A DNA stretch of 64,000 nucleotides from Coriobacteriia bacterium (lineage in GTDB: Bacteria; Actinomycetota; Coriobacteriia; Anaerosomatales; PALSA-660). Of this stretch, positions 27,452 to 39,281 are shown one piece after another; within the stretch, counting starts at the first letter, position 1; every line of letters starts with the position of its first letter. The position numbers were made by a program, and so were the translations under genes. Where the stretch lies: positions 11,037 to 75,036 of the forward strand of contig DATCGP010000034.1 in the NCBI GenBank assembly GCA_036508875.1, given 5' to 3'. The notes below the pieces were generated by a model that did not search any database, was not told where the DNA came from, and was given only the letters and a program-made list of their open reading frames with translations.

Positions 27452-28428
27452 GACGACGCACCAGGCAGCTGCGCGAGCACCGCCTCGATCGCGGATCCGA
27501 GCGGAAGCGGCGCAGCGGCTCCCGCTGCAGCGGTGTGGCCGCCGCCCCCGAACACGTGCGCGACCGCTGCCACGTCGAGCGTCGGGCACTTGGCGCGCAG
27601 CGAGACGTTCACCGCATCGTGCTGGACCTTGAAGAAGACGACCGCGTCGACCGATCCGATCTGGCGAAACACGTCGACGATGTTCTCCGTGTCCTCGGCA
27701 AGGGCGCCGGTCTCGGTCAGGTCGTCGTCGTTCATCCACGAGTAGGCGATGCGGCCGCCGTTGGCGAGGGTGACGCGCGACAGGACACGCCCCAGCAGGG
27801 CCAGCGAGGCCGCACTGCGGCTCTCGTAGATGCGGGTGTAGATCGAGCGTGCATCGGCGCCGGCCTCGATCATCGCAGCGGCGTCGCGCAGTGCGAGCGG
27901 CGTCGTGTTGCCATAGCTGAAACGGCCGGTGTCGGTGATCAGGCCCGCGTAGCAGGCGGAGGCGATAGCCGCGTCGGGAGTGACGCCCAGCACCCGGACC
28001 AGCCGCCACACGATCGATGAGGCCGAGGCCGCCGACGTGTCGACGAGATCCACTGCGCCGAACGATTCGTTGTCAGCGTGGTGGTCGATGACGACGATCG
28101 TGCGCGCGGCCCGTGCGAGACTCTCGGCCACTCCGAGACGGCTGAAGGACGGCGTGTCAAGCGCCACGAACACATCAGCAGGCTGGAGGTCGGCCGCAGG
28201 GCGGTACAGATCGAAACCTGTAAGGAACTCGTACGTCGACGGCGCCGAGTTGTGGTCCGCCAGCGTCGCCACCGCCTCGACGCCAACGCTGCGCAGCGCC
28301 ATCGTCAGGGCGAGTACCGAGCCGACCGCGTCACCGTCCGCGGTGACGTGGCCGCAAACAATCACACGGGACGCCCCGAGGAGCGCCGCCGCGGCCGCGG
28401 CCTCTGCGCTGGGCGACTCAGGACTCAT
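27448..28428 (-). CDS. nrnA: DHH/DHHA1 family phosphoesterase (NrnA-like oligoribonuclease / pAp phosphatase)
   Basis: Motifs H..ADGDAVGS, DTP, VIDHH and GGGH. It occupies the rbfA-truB position, as in actinobacteria. Confidence 0.85.
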   Translation of the reverse strand: MSPESPSAEAAAAAALLGASRVIVCGHVTADGDAVGSVLALTMALRSVGVEAVATLADHNSAPSTYEFLTGFDLYRPAADLQPADVFVALDTPSFSRLGVAESLARAARTIVVIDHHADNESFGAVDLVDTSAASASSIVWRLVRVLGVTPDAAIASACYAGLITDTGRFSYGNTTPLALRDAAAMIEAGADARSIYTRIYESRSAASLALLGRVLSRVTLANGGRIAYSWMNDDDLTETGALAEDTENIVDVFRQIGSVDAVVFFKVQHDAVNVSLRAKCPTLDVAAVAHVFGGGGHTAAAGAAAPLPLGSAIEAVLAQLPGASS

Positions 28429-28816
28429 CCGCGTCGCTCTCGGCGGCAGGCTCGTCCGGACCTATGCGGCCAGACGCGCGCTCGCGCAGAATCGCGTCGT
28501 TGATGCGTGTCGCCTCGTCGATCGACGGGTCGATGCGGAAATGGAGCTCGGGCACGTAACGCAGCCGGATCGCCTCGCCCAGCATTGTCCGCAGACGACC
28601 CTTGGCCGCCTGCAACCCTGCCATGGCCTCGGCCACCCGCACCTCGTCGCCGTGGACGGTCACGAAGATGTTGGCGTGCGTCATGTCCGAGGACATATCG
28701 ACGCCGGTCACCGTCACGAGGTCGAGGCGCGGGTCCGCACACTCCTCGAGCAGGAGCTGCGCGATGATCTCGCGCACCGTCTCCCCCATGGCGCGGGAAC
28801 GCGGATACGTCTTCAT
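28418..28816 (-). CDS. rbfA: Ribosome-binding factor A
   Basis: 132 aa; DPRL..VTVTGV..S.D...A.IFV. Located directly downstream of infB. Confidence 0.9.
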   Translation of the reverse strand: MKTYPRSRAMGETVREIIAQLLLEECADPRLDLVTVTGVDMSSDMTHANIFVTVHGDEVRVAEAMAGLQAAKGRLRTMLGEAIRLRYVPELHFRIDPSIDEATRINDAILRERASGRIGPDEPAAESDADES

Positions 28817-28825
28817 CAGCGGGCC

Positions 28826-31240
<2,415 letters not shown>

Positions 31241-31549
31241 TTACGCGTCACCGTCCTCGTTGGCGAGCGCGCCCTGGTGCCCCAGTACGCGCTCGAAATC
31301 CGCCCGCAGGCGGCCGATGTCATCCTCGCTGACGTTCGCTCGCAGAGCGCTCGCGATCTTGCGCTTGCGGATCGCCAGCTCGAAACACTCGAGCGTGGCG
31401 TGAACGTAGGCCCCGCGCCCGTTGGCCTTGCCGGTCTCATCGACCTCGACAGCGCCGTCAGGCGTACGGACGAAGCGCACTATCTCGCGCTTGTCCTCGC
31501 TCTTCCCGCACCCTATGCAGGTGCGGATCGCAGGTTTCCGGGGCCGCAT
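31241..31549 (-). CDS. ylxR: YlxR/RnpM family RNA-binding protein (DUF448)
   Basis: RTCIGCG..K.E..RFV...DG.V.VD..GK..GRGAY.H; lies between nusA and infB. Confidence 0.85.
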   Translation of the reverse strand: MRPRKPAIRTCIGCGKSEDKREIVRFVRTPDGAVEVDETGKANGRGAYVHATLECFELAIRKRKIASALRANVSEDDIGRLRADFERVLGHQGALANEDGDA

Positions 31550-31552
31550 AGG

Positions 31553-32692
31553 CTACTTGGCCGCCTCCTTGTCGTGCAGGGAACAGTACGAAGTGCCGGG
31601 CTTCGCGCGGTTGCGGCAACGGACGCCGGACGCGGTGACGGCGCAGCAGCGGCCGTCGCCCTCGACGTGCTCTGTGTCGCCCGAATCCGGCGCGACGTCG
31701 GTAAGGCCCGACTCGAAGGCCTGGGAAGCGCTCTTGATGTCTATCCGCCAGCCCGTCAGCTTGGCGGCGAGGCGGGCGTTCTGACCCTCCTTGCCGATGG
31801 CGAGCGACAACTGGTCGTCCGGCACGATCACCGTGGCGCAGCGGTCCGAATCGCTGACGGTGACGCGGCTCACCTTGGCCGGCGAGAGTGCGTTGGCGAC
31901 AAGCTGCGCCGGGTCGTCACTCCACGGCACGACGTCGATGCGCTCGCCCCGGAGCTCGGCCACGACCATGCGGACGCGGCTCCCCTTCGGGCCGACGCAC
32001 GCGCCGACGGGATCGAGCCCGGGCTCGCGGCTCGACACGGCGATCTTGCTGCGCAGGCCCGGCTCGCGTGCCACGCTCTTGATCTCGACGATGCCGTCGT
32101 AGATCTCAGGCACCTCGAGTTCGAACAGGCGCTTCAGCAGGCCCGGATGGGTGCGCGACACAACGATCGACGGTTCCGTCGTCGTCTTGCGGACCTCGAG
32201 GATGTAGGCCTTGATCGGCTGGTTGTGGTCGTACCGCTCCGACGAGGGCTGCTCGGTGGGAGGCAGCAGCGCTTCGACGCCCTCGCGCAGCTTGATCAGC
32301 GTGTAGCGCGAGTCGGACTGCTGGACGCGTCCGGTGATCGACTCACCGATGCGGTCCTTGAACTCCTCGTAGATCTGCTCGCGCTCGGCCTCGCGGATCA
32401 TGCCGACGATGACGCTCTTGACCGCCTGTGCGGCGGTGCGGGACACGTCCGCCGGCGTGACATCGACCTCGTCGAAGATCGGCTCCTCCTCGGTGCCGCC
32501 GACGGGCACGAGCTCGAAGACCGAGATCTTGCCGGTCTCGCGGTCGAGCACGGCGCGGGTGTCGTTCTCGAGGTCGAGGATCTTCTTGTAGGTGGCAGCG
32601 AGCGACCCCTCGAGCCTGTCGAGCATCGCGTACTCGTCGATGTTCTTCTCGCGCGCGAGCGCCTTGAGAGCTTCCATCAGCTCAGATGCCAT
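31553..32692 (-). CDS. nusA: Transcription termination/antitermination factor NusA, with an unusual Cys/His-containing C-terminal tail
   Basis: N-terminal domain, S1 and two KH domains (LAIGKEGQNARLAAKLTGWRIDI). The last ~45 aa read ..HVEGDGRCCAVTASGVRCRNRAKPGTSYCSLHDKEAAK. Confidence 0.95.
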   Translation of the reverse strand: MASELMEALKALAREKNIDEYAMLDRLEGSLAATYKKILDLENDTRAVLDRETGKISVFELVPVGGTEEEPIFDEVDVTPADVSRTAAQAVKSVIVGMIREAEREQIYEEFKDRIGESITGRVQQSDSRYTLIKLREGVEALLPPTEQPSSERYDHNQPIKAYILEVRKTTTEPSIVVSRTHPGLLKRLFELEVPEIYDGIVEIKSVAREPGLRSKIAVSSREPGLDPVGACVGPKGSRVRMVVAELRGERIDVVPWSDDPAQLVANALSPAKVSRVTVSDSDRCATVIVPDDQLSLAIGKEGQNARLAAKLTGWRIDIKSASQAFESGLTDVAPDSGDTEHVEGDGRCCAVTASGVRCRNRAKPGTSYCSLHDKEAAK

Positions 32693-33176
32693 CGTCGGCC
32701 GTCCCTTCCTTTGAGAAATCGAACGTGACGCGCAGTTTCGCGCGGGTGATGCTGTCGTGCGGGATCCGGACTATCGTCCCGTCGACCTCGAGGAGGACCT
32801 CGTCGCTGTCGACGCCGTGAAGCGTGCCGGTCAGGTGCTTGCGTCCGTCGATCTCGCGGGACAAGGTCACCTTCGCGTCGGACCCTGCGAAGCGGTCGAA
32901 GTCCGCGAGCTTGACGAGCGGCCGCTCGATGCCGGGCGACGACACCTCAAGGGTGTAGCCGTTCTCGAGTCCGGGGACCGGCTCGATCAGCTCGTCGATC
33001 CAGCGGTTCGACTCCGCGATCTGGTCGATAGTGATCCCGCCGTCGTGGTCGAGGTAGACCTGCACGAGCGGCTCCCGCCGCGTACCGGCCACGTCGAGGA
33101 GCACGAGCTCGAACTCGCGTTCTGTGGCGGCAGCGTCTAGCAACTCGGTCAGTCGTGCCTTCAGATCGTTTCCCAT
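32682..33176 (-). CDS. rimP: Ribosome maturation factor RimP
   Basis: ORF trimmed to ATG 33174-33176, with GGAGG 7 nt upstream. Contains SSPGIERPL and overlaps the nusA start by 11 nt. Confidence 0.88.
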   Translation of the reverse strand: MGNDLKARLTELLDAAATEREFELVLLDVAGTRREPLVQVYLDHDGGITIDQIAESNRWIDELIEPVPGLENGYTLEVSSPGIERPLVKLADFDRFAGSDAKVTLSREIDGRKHLTGTLHGVDSDEVLLEVDGTIVRIPHDSITRAKLRVTFDFSKEGTADDGI

Positions 33177-33259
33177 GCCCGTACCTCCTTCCACAACAAA
33201 AGAAGCGGGGGTCAGCCCACTTCAAACGGCCCATCGATCGGTTTCCGTACGCGCTCCGC

Positions 33260-33271
33260 ATCCTACCACAG
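33260..33271 (-). promoter_or_regulatory. Candidate extended -10 promoter element for rimP-nusA-infB
   Basis: Minus strand reads CTGTGGTAGGAT (TGn + TAGGAT), ~85 nt upstream of the rimP ATG. Confidence 0.35.
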
Positions 33272-33333
33272 GAAGCGCCGATCACGGAAGCGCAGCGAGC
33301 GCTCCCGTGAGGCAGACCACGGTTGCGTGACCG

Positions 33334-35076
33334 TCAGGGGTGCAGCGTCAGCGGCCCCAGCGCGGCCTTCGCGTCGGCGACCGCCTTGGTGACGTGGGTG
33401 ACGACCTCGGCAAGCGGGATCGTGATCCGCTCGCCCGTTGCGCGGTCTTTGAGCTCGACGACGCCCTCGGCGAGGCCGCGCTTCCCGACAACGACCTGGA
33501 ACGGCCAGCCGATCAGGTCCGCGTCGGCGAACTTGACGCCCGCGCGCTCGTCACGGTCGTCGAGCACCGTCTCGACCCCGGCCGCGGCCAGCTCGCGCCA
33601 GATGCGCTCCCCCACCTCGAAGACCTCGCCGTCGGCCATCAGCGGCAGAACGGCGACCTCGAGCGGAGCGACCGTGACCGGCCACGCGACACCCGCATCG
33701 TCGTAGTTCTGCTCGATGACAGCTGCGAGCGACCGAGACACGCCGACGCCATAGCAGCCCATCAGGAACGGCTTCTCGATACCGTCCTCGTCCGAGAACG
33801 TCGCTCCCATGGAGATGGAGTAGCGCGTCCCGAGCTGGAAGACCTGGCTGACCTCGATGCCGCGCGCGCCTTTCAGCACACCGCCGCATACCGGACATCC
33901 ATCACCGGGCTCGGCCACGACGAGGTCGGCCCACTGCGCGACCTGGAAGTCGCGTCCCGGCTGCGCGTCGACGAAGTGAAAGTCGTTGTCGTTGGCGCCC
34001 ACGCCCCAGGCGACGTCCCCCTCGAGAGAGCGGTCTGCGACCACGAGCGTGCCTTCGGGCGGGGCTATCGGTCCCAGCGACCCTTTCGGGATGCCGTACT
34101 TCGCGAAGTCCTCCTCGTCCAACAGCACCGCCCCCGGGACCGCCCACGCTGCCTTCACCGAGTTGAGCTCGCGGTCGCCCGGCACGCAGAAGTAGACGAG
34201 TCGCCCATCTTCGGTCTTGGCGGCCATCGTCTTGACGGTGTCGTGGGCCCCGACCCCGAGGAATCCGGCCAACTCCGCGATCGTGCGTATGTCCGGGGTG
34301 TGGACCTTCCGCAGCGCTCCCGGCTCGGACACGGAGGGATGCCGCGGCACCACGGTCGAAGCGGCCTCGACGTTCGCCGCGTAGCCGCAATCGCAGTAGA
34401 CGAGAGCGGCCTCGCCGGAATCCGCGAGCGCCATGAACTCGGTGGTGACCTTGCCGCCGATCTGTCCCGACTCTGCCTCGACCGGACGGAACTTCAGCCC
34501 GAGCCGCTCGCATATGCGCGCGTACGCGCGGCTCATCGCATCGTAGTGCTCCTGCAGCGATTCCTGCGTCGCGTGGAAGGAGTATCCGTCCTTCATGATG
34601 AACTCGCGCCCGCGGAGGAGTCCGAAACGCGGCCGAACCTCGTCGCGGAACTTGACCTGGATCTGGTAGAGCGACAGCGGCAGCTCCTTGTAGGAGCGCA
34701 CCTCGTGCCGCACTAGCGAGGTGATGAGCTCCTCGTGCGTGGGCCCGAGGCAGAAGTCGCGCCCGTGCCGGTCCTTGAAACGCATGAGCTCGGGACCGTA
34801 CAGCTCCCAGCGGCCGGACTCCTGCCACAGCTCGGCAGGCTGCATCGCCGGCATCAGAATCTCCTGCGAGCCGATCGTGTCCATCTCCTCGCGCACGATC
34901 TGCTCGATCTTGTGCAAGCTGCGCCACCCGAGCGGCAGGAACGAGTAGACGCCGGCCGCGGCCTTGCGGATCATCCCGGCCCGCAGGAGCACTCGATGGG
35001 AAGCGAGGTCCGCCTCGGCGGGCTCCTCTTTCAGAGTGGGCGCGTATAGCGTGCTCATGCGGAGTGCTACGGACAT
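33334..35076 (-). CDS. proS: Proline--tRNA ligase (bacterial type, with editing insertion domain)
   Basis: ORF 33334..35331 trimmed to ATG 35074-35076 (alternative ATG 35056-35058, MSTLYAPTLKE). Class II motifs and a C-terminal anticodon-binding domain are present. Confidence 0.95.
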   Translation of the reverse strand: MSVALRMSTLYAPTLKEEPAEADLASHRVLLRAGMIRKAAAGVYSFLPLGWRSLHKIEQIVREEMDTIGSQEILMPAMQPAELWQESGRWELYGPELMRFKDRHGRDFCLGPTHEELITSLVRHEVRSYKELPLSLYQIQVKFRDEVRPRFGLLRGREFIMKDGYSFHATQESLQEHYDAMSRAYARICERLGLKFRPVEAESGQIGGKVTTEFMALADSGEAALVYCDCGYAANVEAASTVVPRHPSVSEPGALRKVHTPDIRTIAELAGFLGVGAHDTVKTMAAKTEDGRLVYFCVPGDRELNSVKAAWAVPGAVLLDEEDFAKYGIPKGSLGPIAPPEGTLVVADRSLEGDVAWGVGANDNDFHFVDAQPGRDFQVAQWADLVVAEPGDGCPVCGGVLKGARGIEVSQVFQLGTRYSISMGATFSDEDGIEKPFLMGCYGVGVSRSLAAVIEQNYDDAGVAWPVTVAPLEVAVLPLMADGEVFEVGERIWRELAAAGVETVLDDRDERAGVKFADADLIGWPFQVVVGKRGLAEGVVELKDRATGERITIPLAEVVTHVTKAVADAKAALGPLTLHP

Positions 35077-35153
35077 GCGATGCCTGCCTTCGGGACTCGT
35101 GCGTGCGGCCGCGCCCGCGCGAGCGGGCGTATGCAGCAGGATAGACGACGGAA

Positions 35154-35182
35154 GGCCGCGGAGGGAACTTCCCTCCGCGGCC
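35154..35182 (-). terminator. Intrinsic terminator downstream of the MFS transporter gene
   Basis: Perfect 12-bp GC stem GGCCGCGGAGGG / CCCTCCGCGGCC with a 5-nt loop, 34 nt after the stop. On the minus strand it is followed by TTCCGTCGTCTATCC. Confidence 0.6.
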
Positions 35183-35215
35183 CGAGCGCGCGTTGCGAGT
35201 CGTCCGTTGCGAGCG

Positions 35216-36622
35216 CTACGCGTCCTTGAGTGCGGGATGCTTGACGAAGGCGACGATGGCGGTCGCCACGAGGAGCAGTGCCGCTGCGACCCAGAAGGCC
35301 ACGTTGAAGCTTCCGAAGACGTCCTTCGCAAACCCGGAGCCGAGCGACCCGAGCACGCCGCCCGCGCCCCATGCGGTGAATACGAGGCCGTAGTTGACGC
35401 CGCTGTTCTTAGTGCCGAAGAAGTCGTAGGTCATCGCGGGGAACAGCGTGAGGTTCGCGCCGTACATCGCGCCGACGAACGCGGCGACCACGAGGAGCAG
35501 GGTGAAGTCGGTCACGATGCCGCTGCCGAGCAGCGCCATGAGGGCGGCCTGCAGTACGAACACGCCCATCATGGTCTGGTTACGGCCGATCCGGTCGGAG
35601 ATGATCCCGGTGATCGGGCGTCCGGCCCCGTTGCCGACACCGAGCGCCATGACGAAGGTGAACGTGGCGCCGGCCCTGGCGACCCAGTCGAAGCTGCCGC
35701 CCTTGAACCCGGTCGTGATGGAGGTCAGCTGCGTCATGACCGGGCCGATCGTGGTCGCGTACTTCGCGATGATCCCGACGACCATGAGCCCGGCACCCGC
35801 TGCGAACGCGTACATCAGCCAGATCATGTAGAACTGCGGGGTACGGACCATCTGCTGCCACGTGTAGTCGCGCGCGGCGGCCTTGGTCTGGTTCGAGTGG
35901 TGGATGACGCGGGTGTCCGGCTCCGGCACGTAGTCCGCAGGCGGGTCCTTGAGCAGCTGCGCGAACGCGAGGATCGCGACGAGGAAGCCGACGCCGAGCC
36001 ACAGGAACGTGGTGTTGAGCCCCTGCGTCGCCAGCAGGTTGCCCGTCAGCGGCGCGGTGTAGACCGACGCCAGGCCGAAGCCCGCAACGACGGTGCCGGA
36101 GATCAGGCCCTTCTTGGTGGGCGCGAACCACTTCACGGCAGCCGGCGTTGCGGCCGCATAGGCGAAGCCGATGCCGGCGCCGGTCAGGACGCCGAAGCCG
36201 ATCGCAAGCCATGGCAGCGAGGCGCCCACCGCCGGCAGAGCGGCCTTGGCCTGAGCGACCGCGGTCGGATCGGCGGGAGCAAGCTTCAGCGCGGCCGCGT
36301 ATGCGTCCCCGGCGGCCTTGCTGACCGCAGGCGCCATGGCAGCGATGACCATGCCCACACCCACGAGGGCGCCGCCGATCGAAGCCGTGACGCGGGGGCC
36401 GATCTTGTCCTGCAGACGGCCGGCGAAAACCATCATCAGCCCGAACATGCCGAGGGCGATCGCGTACGGCGTGAGTGCCTCAGCGGCCGTCCAGCCCATC
36501 CTGCCCGTGAGCTCGCTCGTGAACATGCTCCAGGTATAGAGCACGCCGAGACACAGGTTGATGCCGAGCCCTGCGAGGACGACCACGCGGCCCATCGAAC
36601 TCGGCGCCTTCGCTCCAGCCAT
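35216..36622 (-). CDS. MFS transporter, oxalate/formate antiporter (OFA)-like family
   Basis: 468 aa, ~12 TM helices. The N-terminal GINLCLGVLYTWSMF..L is typical of OFA-type MFS proteins. Confidence 0.85.
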   Translation of the reverse strand: MAGAKAPSSMGRVVVLAGLGINLCLGVLYTWSMFTSELTGRMGWTAAEALTPYAIALGMFGLMMVFAGRLQDKIGPRVTASIGGALVGVGMVIAAMAPAVSKAAGDAYAAALKLAPADPTAVAQAKAALPAVGASLPWLAIGFGVLTGAGIGFAYAAATPAAVKWFAPTKKGLISGTVVAGFGLASVYTAPLTGNLLATQGLNTTFLWLGVGFLVAILAFAQLLKDPPADYVPEPDTRVIHHSNQTKAAARDYTWQQMVRTPQFYMIWLMYAFAAGAGLMVVGIIAKYATTIGPVMTQLTSITTGFKGGSFDWVARAGATFTFVMALGVGNGAGRPITGIISDRIGRNQTMMGVFVLQAALMALLGSGIVTDFTLLLVVAAFVGAMYGANLTLFPAMTYDFFGTKNSGVNYGLVFTAWGAGGVLGSLGSGFAKDVFGSFNVAFWVAAALLLVATAIVAFVKHPALKDA

Positions 36623-36802
36623 CTTAAGACCACCACCTCTCCGTATCGACCGGGACGCGCGTCGCGCCCGGATCCCTTACCCGTGGTCAAGTCTGCGTGG
36701 GGGGAAGGCGACAGGGAACGCGAGTCACGCCGACGACACCGCATCGGGTGTGAGCGGCGGAGTGGTGTCGGTGAGTGGCTGGGCCGGTTCGGGCCCCGTG
36801 CG

Positions 36803-37867
36803 TCAGGCCGGCAGCGACAGGCTCGCGATCTCGGCCATCAGCGCGTCGACGATCTCCGCCTCCGGGACCTTCCGGACGATCTGGCCTTTGGCGAAGATGA
36901 CCCCGACGCCGCGGCCGGCCGCGACCCCTATATCCGCGTCGCGACTCTCGCCGGGACCGTTCACGACGCAACCCATGACCGCGACCTTGATCGGAGTGCG
37001 GATGTCGCGAAGGCGGCGCCCGATCTCCTCAGCGATGGGGATCAGGTCCACCTCGCAACGGCCGCACGTCGGGCAGCTGACCAGTTCCGGGGAGCGCCTG
37101 CGAAGGTCCAGCGATGCGAGGATGTCCCACGCGACCGCGATCTCCTCGACCGGGTCGGCCGTCAGCGAGACCCTGATGGTGTCACCGATCCCCTCATTGA
37201 GCAGGACCCCCAGGCCGACGGCGGACTTGACCGTGCCGCCCATGAGCGTTCCCGCCTCGGTGACCCCGAGGTGGAGCGGGCAGTCCAGCACTTCCCCCAG
37301 CTTGCGGTACGCCTCGATGATCACGGGTACGGAACTCGCCTTCGCCGAGACGACCACGTCGGTGAAGCCCCGGCCGGTAGCGTGCTCGGTGAACGACACG
37401 GCGCTGGCGACGAGCTTGTCGGCGAGCGGCCAGTCGAGGTCGGCATATTCGGCGGCGAGCGACCCGGCGTTGACCCCGATGCGGACCGGGATGCCCGCCT
37501 CCCCCGCCGCATCCAGCACCGCGTCGAACCGCTCGACGGATCCGATGTTGCCCGGGTTCACACGGAGCTTGGAGGCTCCCCGCCGCGTCGCCTCGATAGC
37601 CAGCCGGTAGTCGAAGTGGACGTCGGCCACCACGGGCAGGGACGATCCCGCGCAGATCCTCTCGAAGCCATCGAGCGCGTCTGCGTGCGGGATGGCGACG
37701 CGCACGATCTCGCAGCCGGCGTCCGCGAGTCGCGCGATCTGCGCGAGAGTGGCCGAGGCATCGCGGGTGTCGGTGTTCGTCATCGACTGGACCGCGACAG
37801 GCGCGCTCCCGCCGATCGGGATGCCGCCGACGAGCACGGGGACGGAACTCCGGCGTGGTGCGGTCAA
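36803..37867 (-). CDS. ispG: 4-hydroxy-3-methylbut-2-en-1-yl diphosphate synthase (flavodoxin)
   Basis: Contains APVAVQSMTNT and the C-terminal CPTCGRC cluster. I prefer the TTG start at 37865-37867 (AAGGAG 8 nt upstream); the ORF-track GTG at 37883-37885 is the alternative. Confidence 0.93.
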   Translation of the reverse strand: MTAPRRSSVPVLVGGIPIGGSAPVAVQSMTNTDTRDASATLAQIARLADAGCEIVRVAIPHADALDGFERICAGSSLPVVADVHFDYRLAIEATRRGASKLRVNPGNIGSVERFDAVLDAAGEAGIPVRIGVNAGSLAAEYADLDWPLADKLVASAVSFTEHATGRGFTDVVVSAKASSVPVIIEAYRKLGEVLDCPLHLGVTEAGTLMGGTVKSAVGLGVLLNEGIGDTIRVSLTADPVEEIAVAWDILASLDLRRRSPELVSCPTCGRCEVDLIPIAEEIGRRLRDIRTPIKVAVMGCVVNGPGESRDADIGVAAGRGVGVIFAKGQIVRKVPEAEIVDALMAEIASLSLPA

Positions 37868-37907
37868 GGCGACGGCTCCTTGCACTTCGGGACACGCACC
37901 CTGAGGC

Positions 37908-39188
37908 TCAGCCCCGGATGACGTAACGGACGACGTCAGCGTACATCAGGTAGAAGATCAGCGAGAACAGCAGCAGCGTGCCCGCGGCGGAGAACGCCAA
38001 GGACACCCCGCGGGGGATGCTCCTGCGGAACAGACGCTCGCCGAGCTCCACGGCGATCTTCCCGCCGTCGAGCGGCGGGATCGGCAACATGTTCATGATC
38101 CCGAGCGAGAGGCTGAGGAGGGCGACCAGCCACGCGTACGCGAGCGGCCCCTCCTTGGCGGCGCTCGCGACCTCGTACGAGATGCCGACGATGCTGCGGG
38201 CGTTCTGGATCGAGGAGGAGAACGTCGCAGGGTTGAAGAACTGGCCGATGGCGACGAAGACCGCACCGGTCATGGAGACGGACTCGCCTACAGCGTCGGT
38301 AAGCGACATCGGCACGTCGACCGAACGGGACGTGAGCCCGAGGAACGTCCCTCCCCCGCCGAGCGCGGACGGGCTGATCCCGAGAGTGACCTGAGCGCCG
38401 TCGCGGACCACCGTCATGGTGACGCTCTCGTTCGGGACGGCGACGGCCAGATCCGCCTTCAGGTCGGTCCAGGCCTGCACCGGCTTGCCGTCGAAGGCCA
38501 CGACCCGGTCGCCCGCGCGCAGGTCGGCCAGCGAGGCCGGGCTCGCGGCGGCCACACCGGCCACGGTCGTCGTCGCCGTCGGGACACCTGCGATCGTGAG
38601 GGCCGCGGTCAGTATGACGATGGCGCTCAGGATGTTCACTAGGACGCCCATCGCGAGTACCGTCACCCGCTTCCACGTGGGCAGACCGCGATACACACTC
38701 GACCGGACCCTTGTCAGAAGGGCCTCGTCGTCTTCACCGGCAGCGTGCGACACCAGCGGCACGAAATCGGCAGCGTCGCGGACCGCTTCGATGGCGCCGT
38801 AGTCCTCAAGGGTGGCGAGGAGGCCGGCGGCGCGGTCCTGCGCGGTGTGCAGTTGGGCGGCCAGCTCTGCTGCGTCCGTCCTGCCGCGTCTGACCAGTAC
38901 GCCGAGGGCGGCGCCGAGAAGCTCGTCCTCGTGGCCGGGCTCCATGCCCGCGATCCGGACGTAGCCGCCGAGCGGAAGGATCGTGATGCCGTAGCGGATG
39001 CCCGTCCGCTTGGAGCGCCACTTCAGCCCGGGAGACGGAAGACCGAGCATGAACTCGTGGACCTTCACCCCGAAGGCGCGCGCGGTGAGGAAGTGCCCGC
39101 CTTCGTGGAGGACTATCAGGAGCGAGAACGTGATGACGCCCCAGAAGATGGCCGACGCGCCGCTGGGGAGGTTCGTGAGCGATGTCAT
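37908..39188 (-). CDS. rseP: RIP metalloprotease RseP (M50 site-2 protease)
   Basis: HEGGHFLTAR (HExxH), PDZ domain and C-terminal NxxPxxxLDGG (NMLPIPPLDGG). Confidence 0.88.
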   Translation of the reverse strand: MTSLTNLPSGASAIFWGVITFSLLIVLHEGGHFLTARAFGVKVHEFMLGLPSPGLKWRSKRTGIRYGITILPLGGYVRIAGMEPGHEDELLGAALGVLVRRGRTDAAELAAQLHTAQDRAAGLLATLEDYGAIEAVRDAADFVPLVSHAAGEDDEALLTRVRSSVYRGLPTWKRVTVLAMGVLVNILSAIVILTAALTIAGVPTATTTVAGVAAASPASLADLRAGDRVVAFDGKPVQAWTDLKADLAVAVPNESVTMTVVRDGAQVTLGISPSALGGGGTFLGLTSRSVDVPMSLTDAVGESVSMTGAVFVAIGQFFNPATFSSSIQNARSIVGISYEVASAAKEGPLAYAWLVALLSLSLGIMNMLPIPPLDGGKIAVELGERLFRRSIPRGVSLAFSAAGTLLLFSLIFYLMYADVVRYVIRG

Positions 39189-39281
39189 AGGTGACCTCGT
39201 GTGCCTTTCGGTGCCGCAAGGGCCACGGGCGGCCCGTTCAGGGTTGGCAGAGCAAGGGCATTGCCACTCTCCGGTCCGGCC

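Noticed and set aside
35077-35215. Possible T-box leader upstream of proS
   Set aside because: The spacer is only 139 nt, and part of it is the MFS terminator. No T-box consensus (AGAGA..UGGNACCGCG) is visible.
34964-37921. 985-aa plus-strand ORF spanning proS 5-prime end, the MFS gene, two spacers and ispG
   Set aside because: It is exactly antisense to well-supported minus-strand genes and runs straight through intergenic regions. In high-GC genes the antisense frame lacks stops because TTA/CTA/TCA sense codons are rare. The composition is Arg/Asp/His/Gly-rich with no motif I recognise.
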